From Anaerovibrio lipolyticus (lineage in GTDB: Bacteria > Bacillota > Negativicutes > Selenomonadales > Selenomonadaceae): a DNA stretch of 51,704 nucleotides. Position 1 is the first letter of the stretch; each line of letters opens with the position of its first letter. Position numbers and translations under genes: made by a program. Below are positions 1-10,049 of this stretch, one piece after another. Below the pieces are notes generated by a model. That model was not told the origin of the DNA, did not search any database, and saw only the letters and a program-made list of their open reading frames with translations. The stretch is from the NCBI RefSeq assembly GCF_002372665.1, contig NZ_DFHJ01000047.1; one strand, 5' to 3'.

Positions 1-1431
1 GCTGCCCACCTCGCTAGGACCATTTACATTGCTGATGGTACGGGTCCGACAACCCATGGTGGCGATAACACTGTTGTAATTGCCGGGCTTGTAATATTGG
101 AGATTATATGGAGCGTCCACATTTACGAAATTAGGGAACAATCTCTTGGCAGAGGTCTTGCAGGCCTGCTGGAAAAGATCGTAGTTAGGATCCCCAGGGT
201 TGTAATTCACCCCGGATTTAAGCTGGAATACAGAGATAGGGAAAATAGCTGTTTCCCCATTACCAAGCCCGCTCATAATGGCATTCATAACCTCCCGCAT
301 GGCAAGCCTGCCCTCAGGAGAGGTATCCATACCGTAGTTAATGGAGCTGAATGGAACCTGGGCACCGGCACGGGAATGGAGGGTATTGAAATTATGAATC
401 AGTGCCTCCATGGCCTGATGGGTCTCCTCGGTGGTATCATCACAGGCCAAGCGATAAATATTGGCAGCATCCAGCTTTAAATCCGGGCTGGTTTCCATAA
501 TATCTGCAGGCAGCACCTTACTCAGAGCTTCAGCAATGGCCTTAATGTTATCTTCCGTTGCTGTTGGTTCACCATCGGTAAAGGTGCAGCAGTCGTAGTC
601 CATAGCTGTCATAAAGGCCTTGCGGAATTCCTTGGCAGCGGTTAGCTTATCCCCGCCAAAACGATAAAGACAGGCCTTGTAGGCTTCATCCGCAATAGCC
701 TTTTTAAAGGTCTTGCGTACGCCCTCAGCCATGGCATAGTCAAAGGCGTTGATGGACTGACCGCCAAACATGTCATTCTGGTTGGACTGAATAGCAATAC
801 AGGCCAATGATGCGTAAGCGCGGATGGAATTTGGCTCACGTAGGAAGCCGTGGCCCGTGGAAAAGCCACCATGGAACAGCTTCAATAAATCGATTTGACA
901 GCAGTTCAGGGTAATAAGGGAGAAGTCCTTGTCATGAATATGGATATAATTTTCCCTGTCAGCCTTGGCAAATTCTTCAGGCAGCATATAGTTATCCACG
1001 AAGTGCTTGGCACCCTCGGCACCTAATTTAAGCATAATACCCATGGAGGCATCAGTGTTTATATTGGCGTTGTCACGCTTCATATCTGAATCCACAGCAT
1101 CAGCGAAGAAAATATCCCTGTAGCTGTTCATGAGATGCTTCTGGGCTTCACGGCGGTTGGCATGGCGCTGACGATACATGATGTAGCGCTTGGCTATTTC
1201 ATAGTAGTCCTGCTCCATGAGGGTCTTCTCAACAATATCCTGAATATCCTCTACGTTGATATTTTCCCAGTTTTCGATGGCGGACTCCACCTGATCCACC
1301 ACCTTCTGAATATCCCTTGTAGATAAGGAATCATTTACAGCCTTGCTGGCTCCTGCAATGGCGTTGAAAATCTTGGAGGAATCGTAGTCCACCACAACGC
1401 CGGAGCGCTTAATAACATGCTTTAACTTCAT
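1..1431 (-). CDS. nrdD: Anaerobic (class III) ribonucleoside-triphosphate reductase, 3' part runs off the window
   Basis: Not in the ORF track because there is no stop in the window. Manual translation from ATG at 1431 gives MKLKHVIKRSGVVVDYDSSKIFNAI (ATP cone). The catalytic TMGCRTR motif lies near 40-60. RBS AAGGAAG upstream. Confidence 0.95.
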   Translation of the reverse strand, partial: MKLKHVIKRSGVVVDYDSSKIFNAIAGASKAVNDSLSTRDIQKVVDQVESAIENWENINVEDIQDIVEKTLMEQDYYEIAKRYIMYRQRHANRREAQKHLMNSYRDIFFADAVDSDMKRDNANINTDASMGIMLKLGAEGAKHFVDNYMLPEEFAKADRENYIHIHDKDFSLITLNCCQIDLLKLFHGGFSTGHGFLREPNSIRAYASLACIAIQSNQNDMFGGQSINAFDYAMAEGVRKTFKKAIADEAYKACLYRFGGDKLTAAKEFRKAFMTAMDYDCCTFTDGEPTATEDNIKAIAEALSKVLPADIMETSPDLKLDAANIYRLACDDTTEETHQAMEALIHNFNTLHSRAGAQVPFSSINYGMDTSPEGRLAMREVMNAIMSGLGNGETAIFPISVFQLKSGVNYNPGDPNYDLFQQACKTSAKRLFPNFVNVDAPYNLQYYKPGNYNSVIATMGCRTRTISNVNGPSEVGS

Positions 1432-1471
1432 TTATTACACTTCCTTAATTTTAAAATAAAAGTCCCTGCCT

Positions 1472-2365
1472 TCAAATTTTAATCCATTCACTTGGCACAA
1501 CATCTTCATGGCCTGATTGTTCATTTGCCATCCATTTTTTAGGGGCTACAACAATCTTGTCCTCAGCCGTTCCCAGCCAGGCTCCCCACCAGCTAAAAGA
1601 GCTGTTGGCAATAATGTGATGCCGACAAAGACTCATTAATCTCATATCCTCGTAACCATTTTCTTCGGTGTTGTTATCCACAAAATTGATTTCCTGATCA
1701 GTTTTTAAATTTTCTTTCGCCCAAGGAATATCATTGGAGAAAACAAATAATTGTATATCCCCAACCTTCTCAGTGATATACTTAATAGCCTTTTGATAGT
1801 AATCAAGACCACAAACATCAAAATCTGTAGCGATATAATCTCCCCGTCTGATATGGAGAGCCACCGGATTAGCACAATTCTTTATCTGCTGGCTAACTGA
1901 AAGGTTTTTGCCTTCCAGTTCCGGAAGAAAACGAAAGTCTGCCAAAAGCTCTCGGCGAATGTGACGGAAGTATTTTTCCGACTGCCAATAACCTGTGAGA
2001 CAAACATTCTTATCCTTAGCCTGCTCTGGTACCGTACTATCATAATCAGGTGATTTTTCTTTAATACTTACTCCTGTAGGCCCCAATAAGCTGCGAATTT
2101 TACTATTAGACTTATGCCTAAAAATATTGCGGGTAAAATGCAAATATTTTAATGCGAAATCCCAACACTTTCCAGCCTCGTTAACTTTATGACAGTTCAT
2201 TGGAAAAATATCCAGCTGATAAAGCCGTCTACCACGATACTTATTAATTTCATACCAGCCCATATCAAAAATAATATCAGTATTGTTTTGTATAGCCAAA
2301 GCTTTGGCCAAGGCGTACTGAAACATCTGATTTCCCAGTCCGTCCGTCAAATGTACAACAATCAT
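1472..2365 (-). CDS. Alpha-1,2-fucosyltransferase (GT11)
   Basis: GLGNQMFQYA, GYWQSEKYF, HIRRGDY and IANSSFSWWGAWL motifs. Likely start is ATG 2365 with a GGAGAG RBS (ORF track starts at 2377). Confidence 0.92.
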   Translation of the reverse strand: MIVVHLTDGLGNQMFQYALAKALAIQNNTDIIFDMGWYEINKYRGRRLYQLDIFPMNCHKVNEAGKCWDFALKYLHFTRNIFRHKSNSKIRSLLGPTGVSIKEKSPDYDSTVPEQAKDKNVCLTGYWQSEKYFRHIRRELLADFRFLPELEGKNLSVSQQIKNCANPVALHIRRGDYIATDFDVCGLDYYQKAIKYITEKVGDIQLFVFSNDIPWAKENLKTDQEINFVDNNTEENGYEDMRLMSLCRHHIIANSSFSWWGAWLGTAEDKIVVAPKKWMANEQSGHEDVVPSEWIKI

Positions 2366-2382
2366 TTTTCTCTCCACAAATG

Positions 2383-3309
2383 CTATTTTATTTCAATATT
2401 TCGTTTCCAAAGAACATACATAAATGTACATTTTCTTCTAAAGTCTAAAGATTTTACTATCCGTTCCTTATCTTCCTTGGCAACTGACATAATGGACTTA
2501 TCATCACGAATCAGATGGTATTGATGCTTAGCCCATCCTTCTTCCAATTTTTTGTATATAGCAGAATTCCTTAACTGAGGCTGCCCATCAGCATATTTCA
2601 ATAGCCTTTCAAGAACTTCAACCATATCGTGGCGTCTCTTGGCCAGCTTTTCAGCAGATCCCGTAATGCCATCCGGATTTTGCCAATAACAATAAAGGGG
2701 TTCATTAACAATAATGCAGCTGTGGCTATAATAAAGGTAAAAGAATGAAGCGTAATTGTCTTCATGGTAAAGCCCTGAAGGAAACTCCACCCGTTTGGCC
2801 AAGTCACTGCGATATATTGTATTCCAGGCTATCACCCAGAGAGCTCCTTGACCATAGTACTTAAAAAGATTATCCTTTTCGGTCAAATACTGACGAGCAC
2901 TTCCTAAAAACAAGATTTCTTTTTCGTAGCCCTTTCCATCAGTTTCACAATAACCGCATTTAATCATATCCACATCAGGATGCGACTGAGCTTCCTGCAT
3001 AAGTTTTGAAAACATATCCAGTTTTACCCAGTCATCACTGTCTACAAAAGCAATATAGTCCCCTTCAGCAGCTTTCACGCCAGTATTACGTGCCGCCCCC
3101 AGACCACCATTTGCTTGGTGAATAACCTTAATAAATTCATATTTCTCCGCATAAGAATCACAAAGTTTCCCAGAAGAATCCTCGGAACCATCATCAACCA
3201 ATATTATTTCTATGTCTTTATATTCCTGTTCCAACAGAGAAGCTAGGCATCTGTCCAGATATTTTTCTACATTGTAAACTGGAACAATTATGGATAATAG
3301 TTTATTCAT
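2383..3309 (-). CDS. Glycosyltransferase family 2
   Basis: SIIVPVYNVEKYL, VDDGS, GLGAARN, FVDSDD and HED motifs. Confidence 0.93.
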   Translation of the reverse strand: MNKLLSIIVPVYNVEKYLDRCLASLLEQEYKDIEIILVDDGSEDSSGKLCDSYAEKYEFIKVIHQANGGLGAARNTGVKAAEGDYIAFVDSDDWVKLDMFSKLMQEAQSHPDVDMIKCGYCETDGKGYEKEILFLGSARQYLTEKDNLFKYYGQGALWVIAWNTIYRSDLAKRVEFPSGLYHEDNYASFFYLYYSHSCIIVNEPLYCYWQNPDGITGSAEKLAKRRHDMVEVLERLLKYADGQPQLRNSAIYKKLEEGWAKHQYHLIRDDKSIMSVAKEDKERIVKSLDFRRKCTFMYVLWKRNIEIK

Positions 3310-3362
3310 ATCACTTTTCCTTATTTGTGTATTTTTCGATTCACTTTTCTGATTTTATATAC

Positions 3363-3487
3363 TCAAAACTCATTCGTTTCACCACGAGCACGGGAGCCAA
3401 ACAAAATAATTTTTGTATATTATATTTTTCTGCCATCAAAGCCAAATCATACTGAATGCGGTTTGGCAAATCGTAGTGTACAGACAT
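3363..3487 (-). pseudogene. Frameshifted, truncated minimal nucleotidyltransferase (MNT) remnant
   Basis: RBS GGGAGG then ATG 3487 gives MSVHYDLPNRIQYDLALMAEKYNIQK. Adding one A to the A5 run restores IILFGSRARG (MNT signature), followed by a stop before the DxD motif. Confidence 0.75.
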
Positions 3488-3651
3488 TGTAGGCCTCCCT
3501 GCAATAAAAATCCTGCTCCATCCAACGAAAAAAACTGTTTGTTATCTACAAAATTTTTCAGCAAACATTTCATCCAAAGTTTTATGGTTGTCCCTACCTT
3601 TTTTACATTTATATAAATATGTGATAGTACTATCAACAAAAACCACCAATA

Positions 3652-4593
3652 TTATGTAAAAAAAGTTTCTAGCCAGTTCTCAAAAACATATTCATCCCAA
3701 ATTGTTTTATCCACCATAACCGTCGGTTCAGCCATAAAGGATAAAATTTCATTAATATCTCTTGTCCCCAAAACAAATATATTTGCAGGATTGTAAAAAG
3801 GATACTCCATAATATCAACACAATTGGTTATTAATTTCTTTCCAAAAAACATAGCCTCCATAGGACGATAGGTTATACCATGTTGTCCTTCTTGAACAAT
3901 ATCCAATATAGCACGACATTCTTTTATTCGCTTAATAACATCATCGTATGGAATAGCCTCATTTACTGTATGTTTCTTACTCCATGGAAAATACAAACTC
4001 CGTGGAGTACGCTTTATATGAAAATCACAGGATAGCCCCATTTCAGTAAATTGTTTCTTTAATTTAAGTAAATTAGTTAACCTATTCTTATCTACCCCCA
4101 CAAAAAAGATGTCGCTTAAGGCAGTAACATCAACTGTCTTATTCTCATTCTCTCGTGGCATATATTGATAAAAAAAATGTTTAAACCGGATATTATATTG
4201 GCGGGCATTCTCTCTGTCAAATGTGTACATTTCGCAGTTCAAACCTTTGTATCTGTTCGGCTCGTTCCTTTCACCTGGAAAAATAGTATCAAGATAATAA
4301 ACAATCACTCTAATATTGGGATTAACTTTATTTAAATAATTTACTATGTCCGGACCTCTTCCACCATCGAAAATAAACACCGTATCAAACTGCTTTATAT
4401 CTTTTTTCCAAGCTCCATACCACATGCTCATATCCAGCCCACTAATATGTTCTGCAATTTTAAATTTTTTCTTCTCCCAACCAGTTATATCCCGATACAA
4501 AGGAGCACACCTCATATGAGGATATTGCTCAGTGTTCATACCGCCATTTAAAAACAGTATCTTGTGATCGTTAAAACGATAATCATTTTTCAT
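3652..4593 (-). CDS. LPS/polysaccharide biosynthesis protein, probable GT-B glycosyltransferase
   Basis: C-terminal ILDIVQEGQHGITYRPMEAMFFGKKLITN resembles a GT-B donor-binding motif. Lies next to neuA. Confidence 0.65.
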   Translation of the reverse strand: MKNDYRFNDHKILFLNGGMNTEQYPHMRCAPLYRDITGWEKKKFKIAEHISGLDMSMWYGAWKKDIKQFDTVFIFDGGRGPDIVNYLNKVNPNIRVIVYYLDTIFPGERNEPNRYKGLNCEMYTFDRENARQYNIRFKHFFYQYMPRENENKTVDVTALSDIFFVGVDKNRLTNLLKLKKQFTEMGLSCDFHIKRTPRSLYFPWSKKHTVNEAIPYDDVIKRIKECRAILDIVQEGQHGITYRPMEAMFFGKKLITNCVDIMEYPFYNPANIFVLGTRDINEILSFMAEPTVMVDKTIWDEYVFENWLETFFT

Positions 4594-4729
4594 GCTAATC
4601 TCCTAGTTTCTTGTTTTACAGCCTATTATAAAAAAATATTATTCAATCACAATATATAATAACAGGACAAAAACTTGAACCTGATGATAATATTATCTCG
4701 TATGCAGTATAGACGGAATGCACCAATCC

Positions 4730-5419
4730 TCATTTTTTTATCAAATAGTATTCCGCCAATGCCAAATCCTTCATCTCATCAATATCCACAGAATGGCTCT
4801 GTTCCATAATATAACCAACTTTATTGTCATTAAAGCTTGTATTACTATCAATTTCACCAACATTATTTATATAGATGCAACCATTAACCCTATAATACTT
4901 TGGCATATCTTGACGGCGACAAGTACTTGAAACATTCAATAAAGGTATAAGTTGGTCTTTATCAACTGTTCTAATCAAAATTGGATGGTCTTCCACCTCA
5001 CTGACAGATACTAATGGTGTCTCACCACATTCAAAGTACTTTTCTATAGCACCATCAATATCGTTGCTTGTCCTGAGTGGCTGTGTAGGCTGTAACAAAA
5101 CCAAAGTGTCAAACACTTTACCTTTTTCTTTTAATGTATTTATGGAATGAATCACCGCATCCACAGTTCTGGAAGTATCCGAAGCCAATTCTGCGGGTCT
5201 CATAAAGGGAACCTCTGCCCCATATCCCCTTGATACTGCTGCAATCTCTTCATCATCTGTAGAAACCATTACATAATCAATATATTTACTTTTTAATCCA
5301 GCTTCAATGCTATAAGCTATCAGTGGTTTGCCACATAAATCAATTATATTTTTATGTGGTATACCTTTACTTCCACCCCGTGCCGGAATTAGTGCAAGAA
5401 TTTTTTTATTCATGTACAT
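4730..5419 (-). CDS. neuA: CMP-N-acetylneuraminic acid synthetase (acylneuraminate cytidylyltransferase)
   Basis: IPARGGSKGIPHKN, VSTDD, LQPT, RRQD and SVDID motifs. Confidence 0.93.
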   Translation of the reverse strand: MYMNKKILALIPARGGSKGIPHKNIIDLCGKPLIAYSIEAGLKSKYIDYVMVSTDDEEIAAVSRGYGAEVPFMRPAELASDTSRTVDAVIHSINTLKEKGKVFDTLVLLQPTQPLRTSNDIDGAIEKYFECGETPLVSVSEVEDHPILIRTVDKDQLIPLLNVSSTCRRQDMPKYYRVNGCIYINNVGEIDSNTSFNDNKVGYIMEQSHSVDIDEMKDLALAEYYLIKK

Positions 5420-5430
5420 GAAAATCTACC

Positions 5431-6567
5431 TCACATATCACGATCTACAAATTGCTTTTGGATAGGCATAGCCCAAAAGTTATCGTTCTTTACAATATCC
5501 ATAAATTTTTCTGTGCTGTTTCCATTACCAAAAATAAAGGATGAGGTTTTATATTTTTCAGTGCATCCAATAGCATCAAGAATTTCCTGTGTATCCTCAA
5601 CAACATGTTGTAAATTAGTATTTTTAGAAGCCGAATAACGACCATTTTGTCTTGTGCCTATGTCAATTGCAGGAACACCATATATTCCCGTTTCTCTTAT
5701 ACCAGCACTTGAATTTCCTATCATGAAATCCGCATTTTTTAACAGTACAAGGAAGTATTCAAAACGTAAAGAAGGAAATAGTCTGAAATGTTCATTTCCC
5801 TCAAATCTTTTATATTCATTCAGGATTACTTCTGAACCCAAATCATTATTTGGATATATTACAATATAATTTCTTTTGCTTTTAATAACTGCATCTACTA
5901 CAGTTTTCACCTTTTTTCCTATGACATCATATTCCGTAGTAACAGGATGATACATCATTATTCCATAGTGTTCAAAATCAATATCATATCTTGCTTTCGC
6001 CTCGGAAATGGAAGGCAAACTACCACTGATCATAATATCAATATCAGGTGAACCTATTACAAAAATTCTGTTTTCTTCCTCACCCAACTGTATGAGCCGG
6101 CTTCGAGCTTCCTCTGTACAAACAAAATGAACATGAGCAAATTTTGATATGGCATGTCTAATTGACTCATCAATTGTACCAGATAACTCGCCACCTTCTA
6201 TATGACCTACCATAATATTATGCAGCCCACCAACAACAGCGCCGGCAAGTGCATCCATTCTGTCCCCATGAACGAAAATTATATCCGGCTTAATATTTTC
6301 AACATAACCAGACAGACAGGTAATGGTATTGCCAAGATTTACGCTGCTATTTTGAGTTTGAGATAAGCCATATGCTATATAGATATTTTCATACCCGTCT
6401 TTCTGGATTTCCTCGTAGGTACTGCCAAACATCTCAGATAAATGCATTCCACAGACAAAAATATACACTGTAAACGCATCATCCTGATCCAGTGCCTTTA
6501 TCAAAGGTTTCATTTTGCCATAGTCTGCCCTGGTCCCAGAAATGAACATGACCTTTTTCTTCTGCAT
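5431..6567 (-). CDS. neuC: UDP-N-acetylglucosamine 2-epimerase (hydrolysing)
   Basis: GTRADY, GMHLS, HGDR, HIEGGELSGTIDESIRHAISK and GNSS motifs. Confidence 0.94.
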   Translation of the reverse strand: MQKKKVMFISGTRADYGKMKPLIKALDQDDAFTVYIFVCGMHLSEMFGSTYEEIQKDGYENIYIAYGLSQTQNSSVNLGNTITCLSGYVENIKPDIIFVHGDRMDALAGAVVGGLHNIMVGHIEGGELSGTIDESIRHAISKFAHVHFVCTEEARSRLIQLGEEENRIFVIGSPDIDIMISGSLPSISEAKARYDIDFEHYGIMMYHPVTTEYDVIGKKVKTVVDAVIKSKRNYIVIYPNNDLGSEVILNEYKRFEGNEHFRLFPSLRFEYFLVLLKNADFMIGNSSAGIRETGIYGVPAIDIGTRQNGRYSASKNTNLQHVVEDTQEILDAIGCTEKYKTSSFIFGNGNSTEKFMDIVKNDNFWAMPIQKQFVDRDM

Positions 6568-6571
6568 AAAA

Positions 6572-7615
6572 CTATCCCTCTATCATATTCCAAGTAATCT
6601 GAGTATCATTTTCTATATCAACAGCAGCTCTTTTACCAAGTAAATCTTCATATTTCTCTGCCAAAATCTCACCTGTACCTGGTCTCTTGACCCATAAATT
6701 ATCCTTTGTGAATAATTCACCAGCTTTAATTGGTTTAATAGAAACCACCGTGGCAAAGGCAAAGTCGATAGTTACCTGTTCTTCCTTCGCAGCTTCTTTT
6801 TTTCCGCCCATCATTTTGGGAATATCTCGTGCAGCTACAACTAACTCAGAACATTCTTTTTCATCCATTGAACAGATAACATCTGGACCATTACGCATCT
6901 TACTGTCTACAAAGTGGCGTTCAACGATAGTTGCCCCCAGTGACATTGCTGCTATACACGAGGTATTTGTCAAAGTATGATCGGATAAGCCTATTGGAAC
7001 GCCAGGAAATGCAGTCATCATTTCCTGCATGGCACCTAATCTCACCAATCTAGGCTCTGTAGGATAGAGATTAGTAGTATGTAACAGTGCATATGGCACA
7101 CCGGCTGTTTCCATAATGTAAACAGCTTTTTGAACGCTGGTAATGTCATTCATTCCAGTAGAAACAATCATTGGCTTTCCAAAAGAAGCAATGTGTTTAA
7201 TTAATGGATAGTTGTTTAATTCTCCCGAGCCAATCTTATATGCCAGTACTCCAAACTTTTCCAGTCTGTCTGCGGCAGCACGGGAAAATGGTGTACTAAG
7301 AAAAACCATTCCCTTTGCTTCCACATATTTCATGAGCGCGTACTCATCTTCCTCAGAAAGAGCACATTGCGCCATTACATCATAAATAGATATATTGGTA
7401 TTGCCTGGAATAACTTTTTTGGCTGCATGACTCATTTCATCATCCACCACATGTGTCTGATGTTTGATGAGCTTTGCCCCTGCCCGTGCAGCAGCGTCAA
7501 CCATTTGTTTTGCCACATCCAAGGAACCACCATGATTAATCCCCATTTCAGGAATTACCAGTGGTTCTTCACCTATACCTACTGCTATATTGCCAATTTT
7601 AAATGATGACTGCAT
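6572..7615 (-). CDS. neuB: N-acetylneuraminate synthase with C-terminal SAF domain
   Basis: [33 protein letters not shown] and KRPGTG. Resembles the Campylobacter NeuB1/Neisseria SiaC type. Confidence 0.95.
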   Translation of the reverse strand: MQSSFKIGNIAVGIGEEPLVIPEMGINHGGSLDVAKQMVDAAARAGAKLIKHQTHVVDDEMSHAAKKVIPGNTNISIYDVMAQCALSEEDEYALMKYVEAKGMVFLSTPFSRAAADRLEKFGVLAYKIGSGELNNYPLIKHIASFGKPMIVSTGMNDITSVQKAVYIMETAGVPYALLHTTNLYPTEPRLVRLGAMQEMMTAFPGVPIGLSDHTLTNTSCIAAMSLGATIVERHFVDSKMRNGPDVICSMDEKECSELVVAARDIPKMMGGKKEAAKEEQVTIDFAFATVVSIKPIKAGELFTKDNLWVKRPGTGEILAEKYEDLLGKRAAVDIENDTQITWNMIEG

Positions 7616-7630
7616 TTTAATTTACCTCTT

Positions 7631-8761
7631 TTACCACTTAGGATGGCGGCGTTCCTCAATATTCTCTTTTTTTAGTCTCCACTGCCCCCAAGTATTCTGC
7701 TCAAAAATTTCTTTATTATACAGTTTGTCTAATGCTTCGTAAAATTCTTTTATTGTCATTCCTGTAAAGGCACAGAAATCCTCAACAATTTTAGGATCAA
7801 CATTGTGATCTCTCTCTTCGGCCAGTTTAACAGCCTCATCACGAGTCAACAGGCCATAGCGCACCCATCTGGCTGCATAATCAGTAGCATAGGCATGACC
7901 ATATTTAGGGAATTTCATCCATGCATTAAGAAGATAACCATAGCTATCAATCTGGTTAAAGTTTTCAATATGATTTGTTCTATCCCATTCATGGGTCAAA
8001 TCCTTAAACCCACGACGCTTGGAGAACTCATAATTTTTGATGCCATTCCACTCAACAAAATAACTAAGATAAATTGGGTCCAGCTTTTCCAACAGTTCTT
8101 TGGAAGGAGCCTCCAAATATGTCAGTTCATCCCTAGGAACACCAGCATCAACCAATTCCTGCAAATCTACCCCTGGAGCAACACCGTTGAACACCTGATC
8201 ACGGGCAGAATAAGTTTCCTTGTCATTGACCCCGCCATACTCATAAGAAACATTTTCCCCATATACCAGCAATGGAATGTTTAACGCTGCAGCGTAATAC
8301 AGCGGTACCGTATAAAGTAAACGGTCAACATACCACAAAGGACGGCCATATTTTTCAAACATGTACCGTGAAATAACCTTTGCAGCTCTGCGGTTTGGCT
8401 TGAAGGAAATCATATTACAACCGAAAGCTTCGGAAATATTCTTAACATTATGTTTTCCAGCCTCAGTCATAGTGAAGAAATCTTCTACTGTAATCAATAA
8501 TGGATTCATGTTCATTATTTCTTTCATGACATGAACCTGAAAATGACTGTCCTTACCACCGGAAACCGCAATAATACAATCATACTGACCTGGCTCTTTT
8601 CTGCGATACTTATCACAAAGAGCCTTTAATTCTTCCATTCTGGAGTCCCAATCTACCAGACTCTTTTTCTCGTTATTCTGGCAAGCGATACAGACCCCTT
8701 TTTCATTAAAGGTAATTCCAGGACGAGTATTTGGCATAATACATTTGGTACAAAATTTCAT
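7631..8761 (-). CDS. N-acetyl sugar amidotransferase (PseA/PtmG/WbpG family)
   Basis: N-terminal CxxC..TRP..CxxC, PP-loop SGGKDS, YGEN and KYGH motifs. Confidence 0.88.
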   Translation of the reverse strand: MKFCTKCIMPNTRPGITFNEKGVCIACQNNEKKSLVDWDSRMEELKALCDKYRRKEPGQYDCIIAVSGGKDSHFQVHVMKEIMNMNPLLITVEDFFTMTEAGKHNVKNISEAFGCNMISFKPNRRAAKVISRYMFEKYGRPLWYVDRLLYTVPLYYAAALNIPLLVYGENVSYEYGGVNDKETYSARDQVFNGVAPGVDLQELVDAGVPRDELTYLEAPSKELLEKLDPIYLSYFVEWNGIKNYEFSKRRGFKDLTHEWDRTNHIENFNQIDSYGYLLNAWMKFPKYGHAYATDYAARWVRYGLLTRDEAVKLAEERDHNVDPKIVEDFCAFTGMTIKEFYEALDKLYNKEIFEQNTWGQWRLKKENIEERRHPKW

Positions 8762-8777
8762 TTATAAATCCTCCTAA

Positions 8778-9986
8778 TCATTCTGCTATTTTCAATAAAC
8801 ACTCATTAAATATACGTCTTAATTCTTCCTCAGTATTCGGTATAAAAAGTTTTTGTGGATAAAGATGTAATAGTCGATCAAACATGCCATCCTCAAAGCC
8901 ATCTTTTGCCTGAACCAACTGATCTAAAAGAATATAATAGTTATTGTCTTCTGGTCTTCCTATAACCGCCTCATACATGCACGCAGAGCTTGAATTTACC
9001 GTTATGAAAATAGAGTTTTTTACATACATGTTGATACAAATAACTTCCCATGGAATTGCATTATTTGGCAGTATCTCTATATCGTTATCATTGAATTCCT
9101 GCTTCATTGAATACCATGTTCGCGGGTGAAATTTTATATATTTTTTTATACCAACCCAACTAATAACTTTTTTAAACCAATATATTTCCGCGTCATATAA
9201 GTATGCCAACCTGCGATGTTTTTTATACGGATTAGCAAATATAATTTTTTTCAAAAGATTTGGGTTTTTGAGGTATGCCGGCATTGCCTGATAACCTTGA
9301 TCTAAAAATATTACCGCCTTGTCCAGTTCTTTGCCGTAAATATCATGCCAATCAAATACCATATTGATTAGATTAATAAACTTTTCATCTTTTCTATCAA
9401 TCCGTGGAATTCTAATAAAGTTGTCATTATCATCATAACTAACAGATAGAGCAGGCTCGTAAAGATAAACATTATCAAAAATATAGTTTTCTGCCTCTAC
9501 GCCGAAATATGACATGGTTCCTTCATCTAGAAGATTCCATTTACAAGCAGCATTATGTTTTTTTACTTGTTTTAATAATAGTCTAATCAAAGGATCAAGT
9601 GATTGAAAAAAAACCTCATCATACTTAAATTCACTTATTGCCCCATCACCCTCAATATTTGAAAATAATAGATATTCTTCTCCGTATATATATTCCAATA
9701 TCCTATTCTTTAGCATATAAACGCTATTAGAAAATGCCTTAAAAAGCCCCACTCCATCTCTATGGTATGTAATATTACGAATATATTGATGTAATCCTTC
9801 TTTCTCGTGCCGAAAAAACCACACATGGCTAAAAAGATTAGTTTTTACAATTCTATTTATAATATCATCATTTTTGTGATTATTGCGTATAATAATATCT
9901 ACATCATCATTTTCCAATAAATGATATTTTATATTAAGTGCGCTCAGAAGTTGAAATTCTGTAACACATATAAATAAATACCTCAA
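8778..9986 (-). CDS. Putative sialyltransferase (GT-B)
   Basis: DEG (LLDEGTMSY), HP (KFHPR), PWE and SSS motifs typical of bacterial sialyltransferases. Probable TTG start at 9986 after AAGGAGG (ORF track extends to 10040). Confidence 0.72.
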   Translation of the reverse strand: MRYLFICVTEFQLLSALNIKYHLLENDDVDIIIRNNHKNDDIINRIVKTNLFSHVWFFRHEKEGLHQYIRNITYHRDGVGLFKAFSNSVYMLKNRILEYIYGEEYLLFSNIEGDGAISEFKYDEVFFQSLDPLIRLLLKQVKKHNAACKWNLLDEGTMSYFGVEAENYIFDNVYLYEPALSVSYDDNDNFIRIPRIDRKDEKFINLINMVFDWHDIYGKELDKAVIFLDQGYQAMPAYLKNPNLLKKIIFANPYKKHRRLAYLYDAEIYWFKKVISWVGIKKYIKFHPRTWYSMKQEFNDNDIEILPNNAIPWEVICINMYVKNSIFITVNSSSACMYEAVIGRPEDNNYYILLDQLVQAKDGFEDGMFDRLLHLYPQKLFIPNTEEELRRIFNECLLKIAE

Positions 9987-10049
9987 TAAGCACATCCTCC
10001 TTGCTTCGTAATTGTTAGTAGAAATTGACAATAAGCACAATTAATCATC

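Noticed and set aside
3436-3639. 67-aa ORFs on both strands between the GT2 and GT-B genes
   Set aside because: They have no RBS or motif; the region is better explained by the MNT pseudogene in another frame.
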